NCBI GenBank assembly: GCA_951406725.2
Contig: OX597832.1
Span: 28,272,001 to 28,336,000 of the forward strand
Reading direction: 5' to 3'
DNA length: 64,000 bases
DNA from: Octopus vulgaris
Taxonomy: Eukaryota
The stretch's first letter is position 1; every line of letters starts with the position of its first letter. The position numbers and the translations under genes were made by a program. Of the stretch, positions 48,241-60,391 are shown piece by piece. The notes below the pieces were generated by a model. It made no database searches. It had not been told where the DNA came from and saw only the letters and a program-made list of their open reading frames with translations.

Positions 48241-48824
48241 ATGATGATGATGATAAATCCTTCTTTCTTTTTTTCTTTCCCTTGCCATAACTGATTTAGA
48301 TTTAAAACAATAAATTTATCTGACTACTGCAGACTTTAAAATGTTTATCAACGTAGACGACATTTTAACTTATTAAAAGTCAAAAAATCAATATTGCTGA
48401 CAACAGAATTATGGAAATGGATATCTGGGAATAACCAGACTTACCAAAGAAGTACCGAGATTAGAATTTAAAATAGAACGCTATCTTACAACGTTTGCAC
48501 TATCTGTTTGCTGAGCATAGGTAGTGCAATGTTGAAAAATAACTAGTCTTACTGTATATAAATGAAGGTTTTGTCTATTTAATAAGATGAAATCACATCT
48601 AATAGCTCGTTAAGAACACCACAATGTGTTGCAAGCTAAAATTCCTACATTTAGCACTACGGTTTAGCTCGTTAAAGGCACTACATTTAGCAAGCTAAAC
48701 TCACTACATTTGGTAAAAACTAAAAACTAAAAGGCTAAAAACGCTACATTCAGCAAATTAAAATCATAACAAGCTAAAATAGTGATTTTATCTTGTAAAC
48801 TAAACACACTTGCAAACTAAAACT

Positions 48825-48945
48825 GAAACACGCTACATGTTGTAAGCTAAACATACTACATGTTGTAAGCTAAACACGCTACATGTTGTAAGCTAAACAT
48901 GCTACATGTTGTAACCTAAACACACTACATGGTGCAAGTTAAACA
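48825..48945. repeat. 23-bp minisatellite (TAAACACGCTACATGTTGTAAGC)n
   Basis: About 5 copies, degenerate copies upstream to about 48600. Confidence 0.85.
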
Positions 48946-49240
48946 CAATACATCCAGCAAATTAATATATTGAATAATCTGAAAATTTCAAGTATGTATT
49001 TTGTTTATCTCTCTGTGCTGTAGAATTGCATGCTCTATGCAAAAAATGCCGCAGTACATAAAATATATTTTCACAACTGAAGATGCTCAAATGAACAACA
49101 ATCATGCTTTCTGAGCAAATCGTTCCAATGTGGAATCATTGCATTCAGTCCATCTTGCTACAATGCACACAACATGGCTCAATTTGTGCTTATACACGTG
49201 TGTGTGTGTGTATGTGTGTGTGGTAGTGGTAAGGCTATTA

Positions 49241-49478
49241 AAATTCCGCCGAGGTCGACTTTGCTTTTCATCCTTGTGGGTAGTAAAGAAATAGGTATTT
49301 CATCTGCCTCTACGTTTTGAGTTCAAATTCCGCCAAAGTCGACTTTGCCTTTCATCCTTTCGGGGTCGATAAATTGAGTACCAGTTACATACTGGGGTCG
49401 ATATAATCAACTTAATTCGTTTGTCTGTCCTTGTTTGTCCCCTCTGTGTTTAGCCCCTTGTGGCTAGTAAAGAAATAG
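49241..49478 (+). mobile_element. Family A SINE (rearranged, 5'-truncated)
   Basis: Core and tail match; flanked by the direct repeat GGTAAGGCTATTAAA. Confidence 0.8.
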
Positions 49479-49604
49479 GTAAGGCTATTAAATGAAAAAT
49501 AAGCACTTTACTGATAAAAGGACTCCATACTCGTTTTTGAGTCAAATCCATTCTATGTACGGCTTTTAACTGCAACTTCACAAGTATTACTTCTTGAGTC
49601 TTCA

Positions 49605-49635
<31 letters not shown>

Positions 49636-50284
49636 CTTTTATATCTGCTTTCCCTGCTGGTATGGGTTGGACGTTCTGACAGGATCCAGGGGGTCAAAAG
49701 TCTGTACCTTGTTCCAATGCATTAGTTTTGGTAAGGTTTCTACAACTGGATGCCCTTCCAAACATCAATCGCTCTGAGGAGTGTATTGGGGACGTGTTTT
49801 GGGGTGGGTGGGGGATTGTCTTGATCTGAGTCAGGGGACCAAATCTTGCATGTATGCTCCATTTTTGATATGATTTCTATGGCTGGATGCCATTTCTAAT
49901 ACTAACTACTTTACAGAGTTTGTGTGTGTCTGTGTGCGCGCACGCGTATGTGTGTACATGCATATGTGTGTGTGCATGTGTAAGTGTGTGTGTGCATGTA
50001 TGTACGTATGTGTGCATCTGTATGTGTGTGTGTGTACATGTATTTGTGTGTGTGTGTATGTGTGAGATAGATAGTGAATAAATGGGAAGGTCAGAATGGC
50101 TTTTGAATGAAAAGTGCTCTTTGTATTTTGATTTTCCATATTCTTTACCAACCACTCCCAAAATATATAGTGGCCACCCTGCCTCATTAGTGGATTTGTG
50201 ATCAACTATAAATGCTTGTATCCTATTAACTTCATCCTGCCACACACAGTAGCAAGATGTACATATTATAACACTGTAGTATGT

Positions 50285-50620
50285 TATGCAACCTGATGAG
50301 GTTTCTCCTGCACTGTGGGGGGTGCATTCGATTCCATTACATCATTCCCCACCCAATAGGGAACAGAGCAGATGCAAGCCGAAACGATTGTTATGCTTTA
50401 GCCCTAGGAAGCATCAACGCTTCCTGTCGGCCTTGCTACACCAGACTGATGAAGAGCAAAGACTCAGAAACTATTCCCTGGGAGCAGGCTTAGCTGGGTG
50501 GGGGTGCTTGTCTCCCCTTTGTAAACATAAGGACACAGGAAATGTGTCAAGGCCGACAGGAAGCGTCGATGCTTCCTAGGGCTAAATAGCGATGGTGTGA
50601 TTCCCTTTATGGGACTGTCA
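50285..50620 (+). ncRNA. Structured element with two degenerate hammerhead-like cores and a 39-bp inverted repeat (retrozyme/Penelope-like candidate)
   Basis: CTGATGA 50293 ... GAAAC 50381; CTGATGA 50446 ... GAAAC 50467; arms 50397-50435 and 50548-50586 with one mismatch. Confidence 0.45.
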
Positions 50621-50734
50621 CATTAAGTTGACAGTATACAACTGCTCTCTCTCTCTCTCCCTATATATATCTAGCTCCTACACGCATTTTTTTTCTCTCC
50701 TTGTTTCTCTCCTTGTTTTTTTTCTGTGTATCTT

Positions 50735-50901
50735 TACACTCTCGGAGTGGTTGGCGTTAGGAAGGGCATCCAGCTGTAGAAACACTGCCAGATCTGACTG
50801 GCCTGGTGCAGCCTTCGGGCTTGCCAGACCCCAGTTGAACCGTCCAACCCATGCTAGCATGGAAAGCGGACGTTAAACAATGATGATGATGATGATGATG
50901 A
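50735..50901 (+). mobile_element. Retroposon family C, short copy
   Basis: 3' end and (GAT)n tail. Confidence 0.8.
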
Positions 50902-50939
50902 TCTTTCTGTCGAAGAGCGTAGGCTCGAAACGTAAAAGA
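50902..50939 (+). ncRNA. Minimal type I hammerhead-like motif (variant core)
   Basis: TCTTT-CTGTCGAA-GAGC GTAG GCTC-GAAA-CGTA-AAAGA; palindromic ACGT in place of stem III. Confidence 0.4.
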
Positions 50940-52356
50940 CTTGTTCTATTTCTATTCCTGAGCGCCATACTAATATATTTGTTTGTTTGTACTCCACCTG
51001 CCTTCCTCTTTTGTTTATTTTCACAAACCTTCCCGTTATATATATATATATATATATACACATATATATGCATTTATTTATTTATTTATTTATTTTTCGT
51101 GTGAGCAGATAAATATTATATTCTTGCTATTTTGGGTGGAAAACCAACCAGAAATACAAGATCCTCGATCAGATACATTGGGAAATAATTCCTGAGCAGA
51201 ACTAACGAATGTTAGTGGCTTGTTTGGATTAATTAAAGACAGGAGAAACATGATTCTTGAAATGAAAGGCTCAGATAAAAGAAGCAATTAATGGTAAAAT
51301 TAATTGATCTGATAAAATTACATGGTTTACCATAGATTAATCTCCTTATTTATTATCGATCAGGTCTTAAATGAACCTTGGATTGAAAGTCAAGCACACT
51401 CATCGATTTGTACAAGAAGGAAGGTGATTTCCTAGACTGTGGTTTATATAAAGTGATTAAGTTATGGAATGAAGGTTTTGGAAAGAATGTTGGAGCATAA
51501 GACGATTCATAAAGCTAACCTCTGCTTTAGAAAGAGAAATTGCCTTAATATGCTTGTTCAGTGGCCCTTCATGCATTGAGGAATGATTGGCTACTGTGAC
51601 AGTAATGCCACAAATGAGTTCTTTTAGTGGCTGTTTATAAAACTATATTGTATGACTGAAGTAAAATGATGTTGCTTATTCTTTTGGGATCAACCCCCAT
51701 CCAAGACTGCCCCATGTCTGGTTCTATGGTACAAAACCCCTAATTTTAAAGGGTCCATATTTCAAATTGTAACCTTGCATTATAAGGACCGTTTCTTATT
51801 TTTTAGACAATAACTTCATGATGTAAAAGAATCCAGCTGTAGAAATCAAACCAAAAAATGGAACATGGAGATGTGTCTGATGTCTTAATGAGTCTGTGAG
51901 CTCAATGGAGACATGAATCTTGTCATTGGCGGGGGTGGGATGGGGCAACTTTTCAACATTCTATGTGTGTGTATGTGTGTGCAGAGGAGTGTATGTATAT
52001 GAACGAATGTGTGTGAATGAATGTAGGTGTGAATGAATGAATATACATTTTGCATGAATAAATAAATGAGAGGAAGAAAGAAAGAGATGTCAAAAGAGAG
52101 AGAGAGAGAGAGAAAGAGAGGAAAGAAAAAACGAAAAGGTATTTACTCTGTTAGTCTTGTAATGATGTCTCATCTTCCACTGAACATGCATTTGTTATGG
52201 CAAGGATGATTGCCACAACATCTATAATGCTATTGTTTCACAAGAACTGAACACACAATACCATTTTGTCATTTTATTTTTCTTTCTCTTTTCAAAGATT
52301 TTAACGGAAGTAAAATGCAACAAGATGCATTGGAGGGACATAACCAGAGAGGTATG

Positions 52357-52390
<34 letters not shown>

Positions 52391-53004
52391 GGGGGGAGAA
52401 AAATTCCAAGGCACATAGAGGGAAAGAAATGAAAAGAAAGAAGAGACAAACAGATACCAAGATAGACAGATAGATAGGAGAGAGATTCTGTCAAGAGATG
52501 GCATAAGTTACTACAAATATCAAAAGTTTAAAACAACAACAGCAATAATAATTATTATTATAACAATATCAATCATAATAATAATAATCATAATAAATTT
52601 CTTATTTGCCAAAAGGGCACTACAGGAGGAACAATACAGTAAAAATAGTTTGAAAGCTAAAATTATCAAATTATAAAAATACAGTATTAGTAAAAACTAA
52701 TATTAGTAAAACCAATAAATTAGTAAAAATACATTAGAAATATAATATAACTAATCAATGGTACCCCAAGGTACTCCACCTAAATCCATCCATCAGATCC
52801 TTTAGCATAGATCTAGGTACATGCTGGCATTGTACATGAGATGAACCATCAATTTAGTTGCCTTCAAAATATGAGTCAAATCGGGAGGGAATCCTCTGAG
52901 ATCTTAATTTTTTACTTGCTGGTTGAAGGGGCAGCACCTATGGGAATTTGGTTGGAAGGGTAGCACCCATGGAGTCTGGTGCAAAGAGCCATGGATATAT
53001 ATAT

Positions 53005-53235
53005 ATTTCTTTACTACCCACAAGGGGCTAAGCTCAGAGGGGACAAACAAAGACGGACAAACGGATTAAGTCGATTACATCGACCCCAATGCGTAACTGG
53101 TACTTAATTTATCGACCCCGAAAGGATGAAAGGCAAAGTCGACCTCGGCGGAATTTGAACCCAGAACGTAACGGCAGACGAAATACGGCTAAGCATTTCG
53201 CCCGGCGTGCTAACGATTCTGCCAGCTCGCCGCCT
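53005..53235 (-). mobile_element. Family A SINE, near-consensus full-length copy
   Basis: CpG-rich, complete head to tail. Confidence 0.88.
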
Positions 53236-54318
53236 TTATAGAGAAAGAAGGGAATTGGTGACAAGACTGATCCCTGAGGTACACCATAGTTGACAGAGTT
53301 CTGTCAACAGATGCCTGTGAAAGGGGAGGGATGGCCCCATGTGTTAGTATGTACAAATAATGAACAAAACAACATCATGAAGTAAAACAAAGGAATAAAA
53401 GCATAAAAAAATCTAACAAAAACATAAATATATGAATAATTAATAATGTTAATTTTTAACTATGTTAATTAAAAATGGAAATAATTCAGGTAGGAAATCC
53501 AAATTTACTTTGTCCAAACATCTCAACTATATTTCTCCAAGACACACAGACATGCACCAAGATGAAGAAAGATGGAAGACAAAGACAAAATTTCACAAAA
53601 AAAAAACTAAACAAAATTGAAACAATGTATGTTTAATTATGGATGCACAGAAGGGATATAAACATAACAGAGAGATGACAGAATTAAAACTAAGAATCAA
53701 ATTAATAACAATGCTACAGATACATTTGAAAGTCATAATGAGATCGTAGACAATTAGTGTTAATTAGTGGTTGAGATTTACTAGAGGTAGATGGTGGTGG
53801 TTGCAGCAAATACACTGTGAATCCCTAAAGCATTGGTTGGTGCTGACCCCATGACCCCATGTTAATTCTTATTGCGAAGATTTATAATTAGACATTCCAG
53901 CTGTGAGCTTCCAACCTTGTTAGGCATAGTCCTAAGACATTGACGTATGTCTTAGAACTAGAAAACCTGACTGCCTTCAGAAGGGATTCTTAAGGTAGCC
54001 AGATTTTAGGGAGATATTGTTGTTAGTTCTAGCATGACTTATAAACCACATGGAGCCTCTCTGAAGTCCACTTGGTGCTGGAATATGAGAGTGATGGTGA
54101 CAGTAGTTTTCATTCCTGCTGAATTAATAAACTGCACTCCTATATAACCCCTACTGCCAGCCCCCTTTGTCTTAATGTCCAAAATCTGTTTTCTAAGATT
54201 TCCCTTTACTCAGAACTTTATAATTCTACCCATCATCATCACCACCACCATTTTACAACCATTTTGCCACACTGGCACAGGTTGGATGGGTTGATACAAT
54301 CTGAGCCCTTATTTAGAG

Positions 54319-54562
54319 CAGTGGTCCTCAACCATCTTTTTCCTGTGGACCCCTTTGGTTACCCACCAGCCAGTTGATCTTTAAACAAATGCTATAATAA
54401 TTTCATGATTAAATATTATTAGGAATTATATAAGAAAAAATTGTTAATGTATTTTGTGTACAGTAGAAGCATAACCAGTTTATTGCAGACAGATTTTAGC
54501 ATCAAAATCTCAAATGGACCCCACCTACCCATGGGCCATATGGACCTGGTTGCAACCCACTG
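54319..54562. mobile_element. hAT-like MITE; a related copy lies at about 39349-39584
   Basis: CAGTGGTCCTCAACC ... GGTTGCAACCCACTG termini; no clear TSD. Confidence 0.45.
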
Positions 54563-55006
54563 GATGATTCTGGGACGATGTCTTACTCCCACATTCCATT
54601 TTTGTTATGACTTCTATGGTTGGTTGACCTCCCTAACACCAACCCCTTTCCCAGGAGTACTGGTTGCATTTCATCATTACACCAACACCAGAGAGGTAGT
54701 CTGGTCTTCAGTAAGACCATAATCCTCTTTGCTTTACATTGGCCCTCTTCTTTTGCCGATCACAATACAGTGCTCACAACCCTGTAGATGTATAAAGGTA
54801 TATTCATATATGCCTATGCTGATATTTAGCAACATGTTTACCTATGGATATATATACACAAATATAATCTGTTAATAAATATGCTATCAGACCAATATAT
54901 GCACACGGAATAAACAATTAAAATAAACACACAGATATACAGGCAAATACAGACACATTTACATTAACACATAAAAACAAATACATAGACATAGAAATAA
55001 CAGCCC

Positions 55007-55206
55007 CTCTGGCCCCTGTGCTGGTGGCACATAAAAAGCACTCACTACACTCTCAGAGTTGTTGGCGTTAGGAAGGGCATCCAGCTGTAGAAACACTGCC
55101 AGATCAAATTGGAGCCTGGTGCAACCTCCTGGCTTCCCAGACCCTAGTCAAACTATCCAACCCATGCCAGCATGGAAAACAGACATTAAACGATGATGAT
55201 GATGAT
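55007..55206 (+). mobile_element. Retroposon family C
   Basis: 3' end and (GAT)n tail. Confidence 0.8.
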
Positions 55207-55476
55207 GCACACACAAACATATATATATATATATATATATATTAGGAGAGCTAACAATTAGAAATGTATATATAAGCATATACATTAGAAAAATGAAGTT
55301 TAAAAGGTAAGAGTAAAATATATATTTTTTTAGATAATTTTATCAAATTTTTCATAAAAAATTTTTTTTTTCACTTAAAACATATTGGTTATTCATAAGT
55401 GGGTTTGTGCTCCTGAACCCTTTCTAGGGTTCCTGAGAATGGCAAGGGGAGAGAAAGTGGTTTCCCTCAAACTCAC

Positions 55477-55516
55477 ATGAGACCTGGTATGAAAGCTTTC
55501 AACAAAGTGGACTCTG
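55477..55516 (-). CDS. Candidate 40-nt cassette exon (SESTLLKAFIPGLM)
   Basis: About 68 nt AG-free upstream zone, tgcatttcag acceptor, gtgagt donor; open in phase 1 to 2, complementing the 35-nt candidate. Confidence 0.35.
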
Positions 55517-55857
55517 CTGAAATGCACCCAGAACCAGTTGGTGGTAGTGTTTGTGGTGGTGTTAAAACAGATAATTAAAACCACCACTCATTAGTATTAA
55601 AACAACAACAACAAACCAATAACGAATAAAAATAATTTTTTCCATATTGACCATGATGATACTGATGGTCATGTCTGGAATATTCAGTGTAGAAAATTTT
55701 GCCTTACAGGAAAACTAAACATAAGACGAATTCACTGTAAGACAAATTTGTTGTATGGACAGAAATAAAGTGCATTATATCAGCATTTTTAAAAATAAAA
55801 TTGAAAATAAATGGTAAAAGTTTTTATAAAAATTTTAAATTGACAAGTCTTTATTCA

Positions 55858-56055
55858 ATTTAAGAAACACACAAAAACCGTTAGATTCACTTCAACATTT
55901 AAATTTAATTTGTCAAAATATTTTTGTTGCTTTGAGGCCGCGACCTGTTCACTGACAAAATTCCATGCAGCACGGTCTCAAAGCGACGAAAATATTTTGA
56001 CAAATTAAATTCAAATGTTGAAGTGAATCTAACAGTTTTTGTGTGTTTCTTAAAT
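55858..56055. repeat. Inverted repeat with arms of about 80 bp (Penelope-like)
   Basis: ATTTAAGAAACACACAAAAACCGTTAGATTCAC... / ...GTGAATCTAACAGTTTTTGTGTGTTTCTTAAAT. Confidence 0.8.
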
Positions 56056-56513
56056 GGCTTAACACCTTCCATGCTGCAATTGTTTTTATTCCAGCACGTG
56101 ATCTCAGATCAGATCACTTGCTATGCAAGTACATCTTTATTCAATGTCAAACATAAAAAAAAAAAAAATGAAGCATTTCAAATGAAATTTCTTTTGGTGA
56201 AATTTCTTATGATTGACATGGTAATGAGGATGTGTGATGATGATGATGATAATGGAAATGATGGTGATGATGATGGACAAACTGATGATGAGTCAGTTTT
56301 TTGTAGTTGGTTTTTGAATAAGAATGAAAAATCATATAGAAAGAGTTGTGTTGTGAGTTGGAACAGGAATGAGTTTCTTTTTCTTTCTTTTTTCTCTTTT
56401 TTTTTTTAAAGAAAAAAAATATTTGTCAGTTTGTTTCAAACACCACATGCAGAATGACAAATGTTTTGACTGAGGACTCATGACAAGGAACAGAAGAATG
56501 ATGACATGCTTAC

Positions 56514-56548
56514 ACCAAGATGATAACTCGTTAATCAGTCTGTAACAT
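56514..56548 (-). CDS. Candidate 35-nt cassette exon (CYRLINELSSW)
   Basis: Poly-T/C tract, TGCATG, tacag acceptor, gtaagc donor; open in phase 2 to 1. Confidence 0.35.
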
Positions 56549-56682
56549 CTGTATAACCAAAATCATGCAACAGAAAAGGGGAAAAAAAAAAAAAAAAACG
56601 TTTTGGGATGTAAAAAGAGGGAAAAACACACACAAAAAAAACTGGGTTAAAATCAGATACAAAAGATGATTTTGTTTCTTAC

Positions 56683-56688
56683 GGATTG
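56683..56688 (-). CDS. Candidate 6-nt microexon (CAATCC) in the large anoctamin intron
   Basis: CCTAAC branch-point match (56709-56714), pyrimidine tract, cag acceptor, gtaaga donor, long AG-free pyrimidine-rich upstream zone; frame-neutral. Confidence 0.4.
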
Positions 56689-57410
56689 CTGTTCCCATGG
56701 AAAGGAGAGTTAGGACCGATATATTTTAAATCGTTCACAGAAGAAGAAAAGATTGAGACAGAGAGAGAAAGAGGGAAAGAAAAAAAGACACAATATGAGA
56801 GTTAAATATGAAAAATTAATTAAAACATGAAATAATAATTACTTGACATGTTCAATAAAACAAATACTAATTATTTGATTATGATAATTACTGTTATTAT
56901 TATTATTATTTTATTATTATTATTATTATTACTATAGATAATTATTATTATTATTATTATTATTATATTATTATTATTATTATCATTATCATTATTATAT
57001 CATTATTATTATCATTATTATTATTATGATAGATAATTATTGTTATCATAATGAAATAATTAAAAAAATAGTTATTGTATGAATGAAGAATATTATTATT
57101 ATCATTATAATTATTATTATCATTAATATCCAGTTAATCTACCTAGCTGTAGTAGGTACCATGGTGTGGTATAGTTCACTATACTGTGTCCTTAACTGTC
57201 CATAACTAAGACACTTTACTATCAATAGTCCAGTCTACTTAGCCGTAAATAGGTACAAGTGATTATATAAGTGATAGATTCAATTGCAGTGTTGAGTTCT
57301 TTTTTTTTCTGCCTATCATACATCTTGGATCAATTAATTATTGATAGCTTTTTAAAGGAAATAACAGGATTTCTAACATCACAGAATATAGATAATAATA
57401 ATAATAATAA

Positions 57411-57727
57411 TTTCGTTTTTGGATTTGGTTTGCAAGATTCTTTATAGGAGTTTGTGTGTTGAAGCATATTCTGTTGTGTCTGGGAAGAGTAATTTTCTTT
57501 TTGTGCCTTACTCACTGGTAAAATCTCCACTTATTTCTTATTTTTATTTTCCTAAAATTTTCGTTGCGTCTTATAACCTTTTCAGGGTCAAGACTATTGA
57601 AAAGTCAGCAAGACGCAACGAAAATTTTTGGAAAATAAAAATAAGAAATAAGTGGAAATTTTACCAGTGAGTGTGTTAAATCATAAGGCACAAAAAGAAA
57701 ATGACTCTCCCCAGACACAACAGAATA
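57411..57727. repeat. Long palindrome, same family as 28541-28870
   Basis: Arms TATTCTGTTGTGTCTGGG... / ...CCCAGACACAACAGAATA; unpaired extension on the opposite side to the first copy. Confidence 0.8.
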
Positions 57728-57899
57728 ATAATAATAATAATAATAATAATAGTGTTTCTAATTTATTCATAAGATGATTTTTTTTATATCAATTGCTAAA
57801 TATTTACAAACAGCTTGAAGATGGTACAGGGTGATACAATGTGATATGATGTGATAAAGGGTTGCATGGATATGTGTAAACAGTATAAATAACAAAAAC

Positions 57900-59190
57900 G
57901 AAGAGACCCTGTTTTGTCTTTGTTACTGGTTACCCTTTGCTGTCTTCCCCAACCTCTTTGTCACACAACATCTGTGCAGAGGGAGTCAGAGGGACATATC
58001 TGGGGAAGTTTTTTGTGTTGTTTTGATAATACAGCTGTTGTTGTTTTGGGTTTTCTGTTACTTCTATTGTTGTTGTTGTGGTAGCGATGGTGTCAGCAGA
58101 AGTTGTGGTCTTTCTTCATTCCTTTGTTGTGGACTGAAAGCCTCAAGGTGGTTTGTGTCACTATACAAGTGACATTTCAGCCTTCAGCCATCAACAGCCA
58201 TATATAGGTTTGTGTCATTTGGTAGACTGACCAGTACTGGGATAACTTCCTTGCTTTGGTGATCTGTTTGGATCAATAGCTCCATCCCCCAATCAAACCA
58301 ATTTTGTTTCTACAGCCTCTGCATCTGTAGAATGTTGGTTTTGACTCCATATCAAAAAAATACAGTTTCACCAACCAGCAAATGTTTATTTCCGACAGCA
58401 TTTTGACTACCCTTATTCTAACTACTCTGCAACCAAGTGAGGTTGGGATAAGGACCAGTTCAACCCATCTTAGATTAGTTATGAAGATCTTTCTGGCCTC
58501 ATCCTTTGTAAGGAATCTCACATTCGCTGTGCTCTATCTGACTGGCCCCCGTACAGGTGGCACGTAAAAAGCACCCACTACACTCTCAGAGTGGTTGGCG
58601 TTAGGAAGGGCATCCAGCTGTAGAAACTCTGTGAGATCAAGATTGAAGCCTGGTGCAGCCATCTGGTTCACCAACCCTCAGTCAAAATCGTCCAACCCAT
58701 GCTAGCATGGAAAACGGACGTTAAACTATGATGATGAATGTGTTTTGGTGTTCCAGATTAGTCTGAGACCCTTTTCAATCTGTTGCTGTTACCTGTTCCA
58801 TTTTCTACTTTTTATGGCTAAAGTTTTAAATACAACCATTCTGAGGTTAGTTTGTTACTCGGTGGATTCTGAGATACTGAGTGCACTGTTTTACTCATGT
58901 CTCATGAGAATGTTGTTTTGAATTTTTTCAATTCTTCAAAATTTAAAACAATTTCTTTCTATTTTTGGTGAGCTGCTGACACCATTTTCGCATGCAGTAT
59001 TTTCATATTTTGTGTTGGCATAAATGGTGTTAGTGGCAGCAGAAATGAAATGTCTAAAAGTATCGAATGACAACTAAGATGTTTTTAGTTCTAAGTTTTC
59101 ATTTTAGCTGTTTACATAAATGTTATTTTCAATTTCTTTATTGTTGGTGTTGTTTTTATCACTTGCCTATTTGTTTTGATTTCTAGTGTT
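57900..59190 (-). mobile_element. Degenerate gag/ORF1-like retroelement remnant
   Basis: Broken coding-like sequence with a decayed zinc-knuckle-like stretch (reads ..LKCHLYSDTNHL..) followed by a T/K-rich low-complexity tail; stops and frameshifts present. Confidence 0.35.
58538..58737 (+). mobile_element. Retroposon family C inserted in an older LINE remnant
   Basis: 3' end and (GAT)n tail. Confidence 0.8.
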
Positions 59191-59602
59191 GGCAGGAAAA
59201 GTGACACTTTATTGGAATAGGAAAAGTGACACTTTATTGGAAATGGAGGAAGTTGGAGCCAAAACAGCTCTTCCAATCTCTGGTTTCACCCCTTTGACAA
59301 TTTGCATAAAATTTTGATGCAATGTTTTTTTTCCATGTTTTTTTCCATGGGTATATTTTCGTTTTTTCTTGTTTTAGAACAAAAACAAACAACAACATAT
59401 TCTGCCCAGATGGGCAAAAATTTAACAAAGCCAACCAGCCACGTAGAACATTGGTTGGCTTATTAACAAAAACAATACAACAAAAATATAAAATAATGTT
59501 CTTCAAAACTAGAAAATTGTATGCAATAATTCATAAGTTTGGTGAAAGGCATTCTGCCCTTGCAACCACAATAGCAATAATGATGATGATGATGATGATG
59601 AA

Positions 59603-59652
<50 letters not shown>

Positions 59653-59772
59653 TATGTAAAGAAAATCTGCTGAAATCAGAATAGAGTTGGATATGAGAAA
59701 GATGGTGAGAACAATTAGAAAAAAAAATGATTAGGAAGCAATGGCAGATGAGATAACCACAGCAATAAAAAC

Positions 59773-59811
<39 letters not shown>

Positions 59812-59998
59812 TGGAAATAATGTACGAAAGGAAAAAGGAATGACATAAATCAATATCTTCATTGTATGTGAGAAGAAAGAATGAAAGAAAAAGGAATGAA
59901 AGAATGAACGAATGTATTTCTTATTAAAGACCTTTGGTAAATTATCTAATAAAGATAATGTATGGTTTTTGTGATAGGGTTTGTAGAACGACTGTGTA

Positions 59999-60031
<33 letters not shown>

Positions 60032-60391
60032 ATGTGTGTGTGTGTGTGTGTGTGCCTGTGTGTGTGTGTGTGTGTGTGCCTGTGTGTGTGCCTGTGTGTG
60101 TGCGTGCGTTAGATTTTGTAGAGGTGGTGAAAAAAAAGTGTTCGTGTCTGTTTTCTATTTGACATTAATCATTATCTTTATGTTGTACTAACAATTGAGG
60201 AAAATAAGATAATATTAGGGTTATGTCTACAGTGAAACTACTGGTGGTGGTGGTGGTGGTGGTGACAACAGTGCTTTTGTGGTAGAGGTGGTGGTGGTGG
60301 TGATAGTACTGTTCCTGTGCTGGAGGTGGTGGTGGTGGCAGTGGTGGTGAATATTCCAGAGACATATGCAGTAGCTAAATTACTCTATAGA

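Noticed and set aside
48446-48480. Candidate 36-nt exon with a strong GTAAGT donor
   Set aside because: Poor acceptor context, and a stop in the phase required by exon 40256
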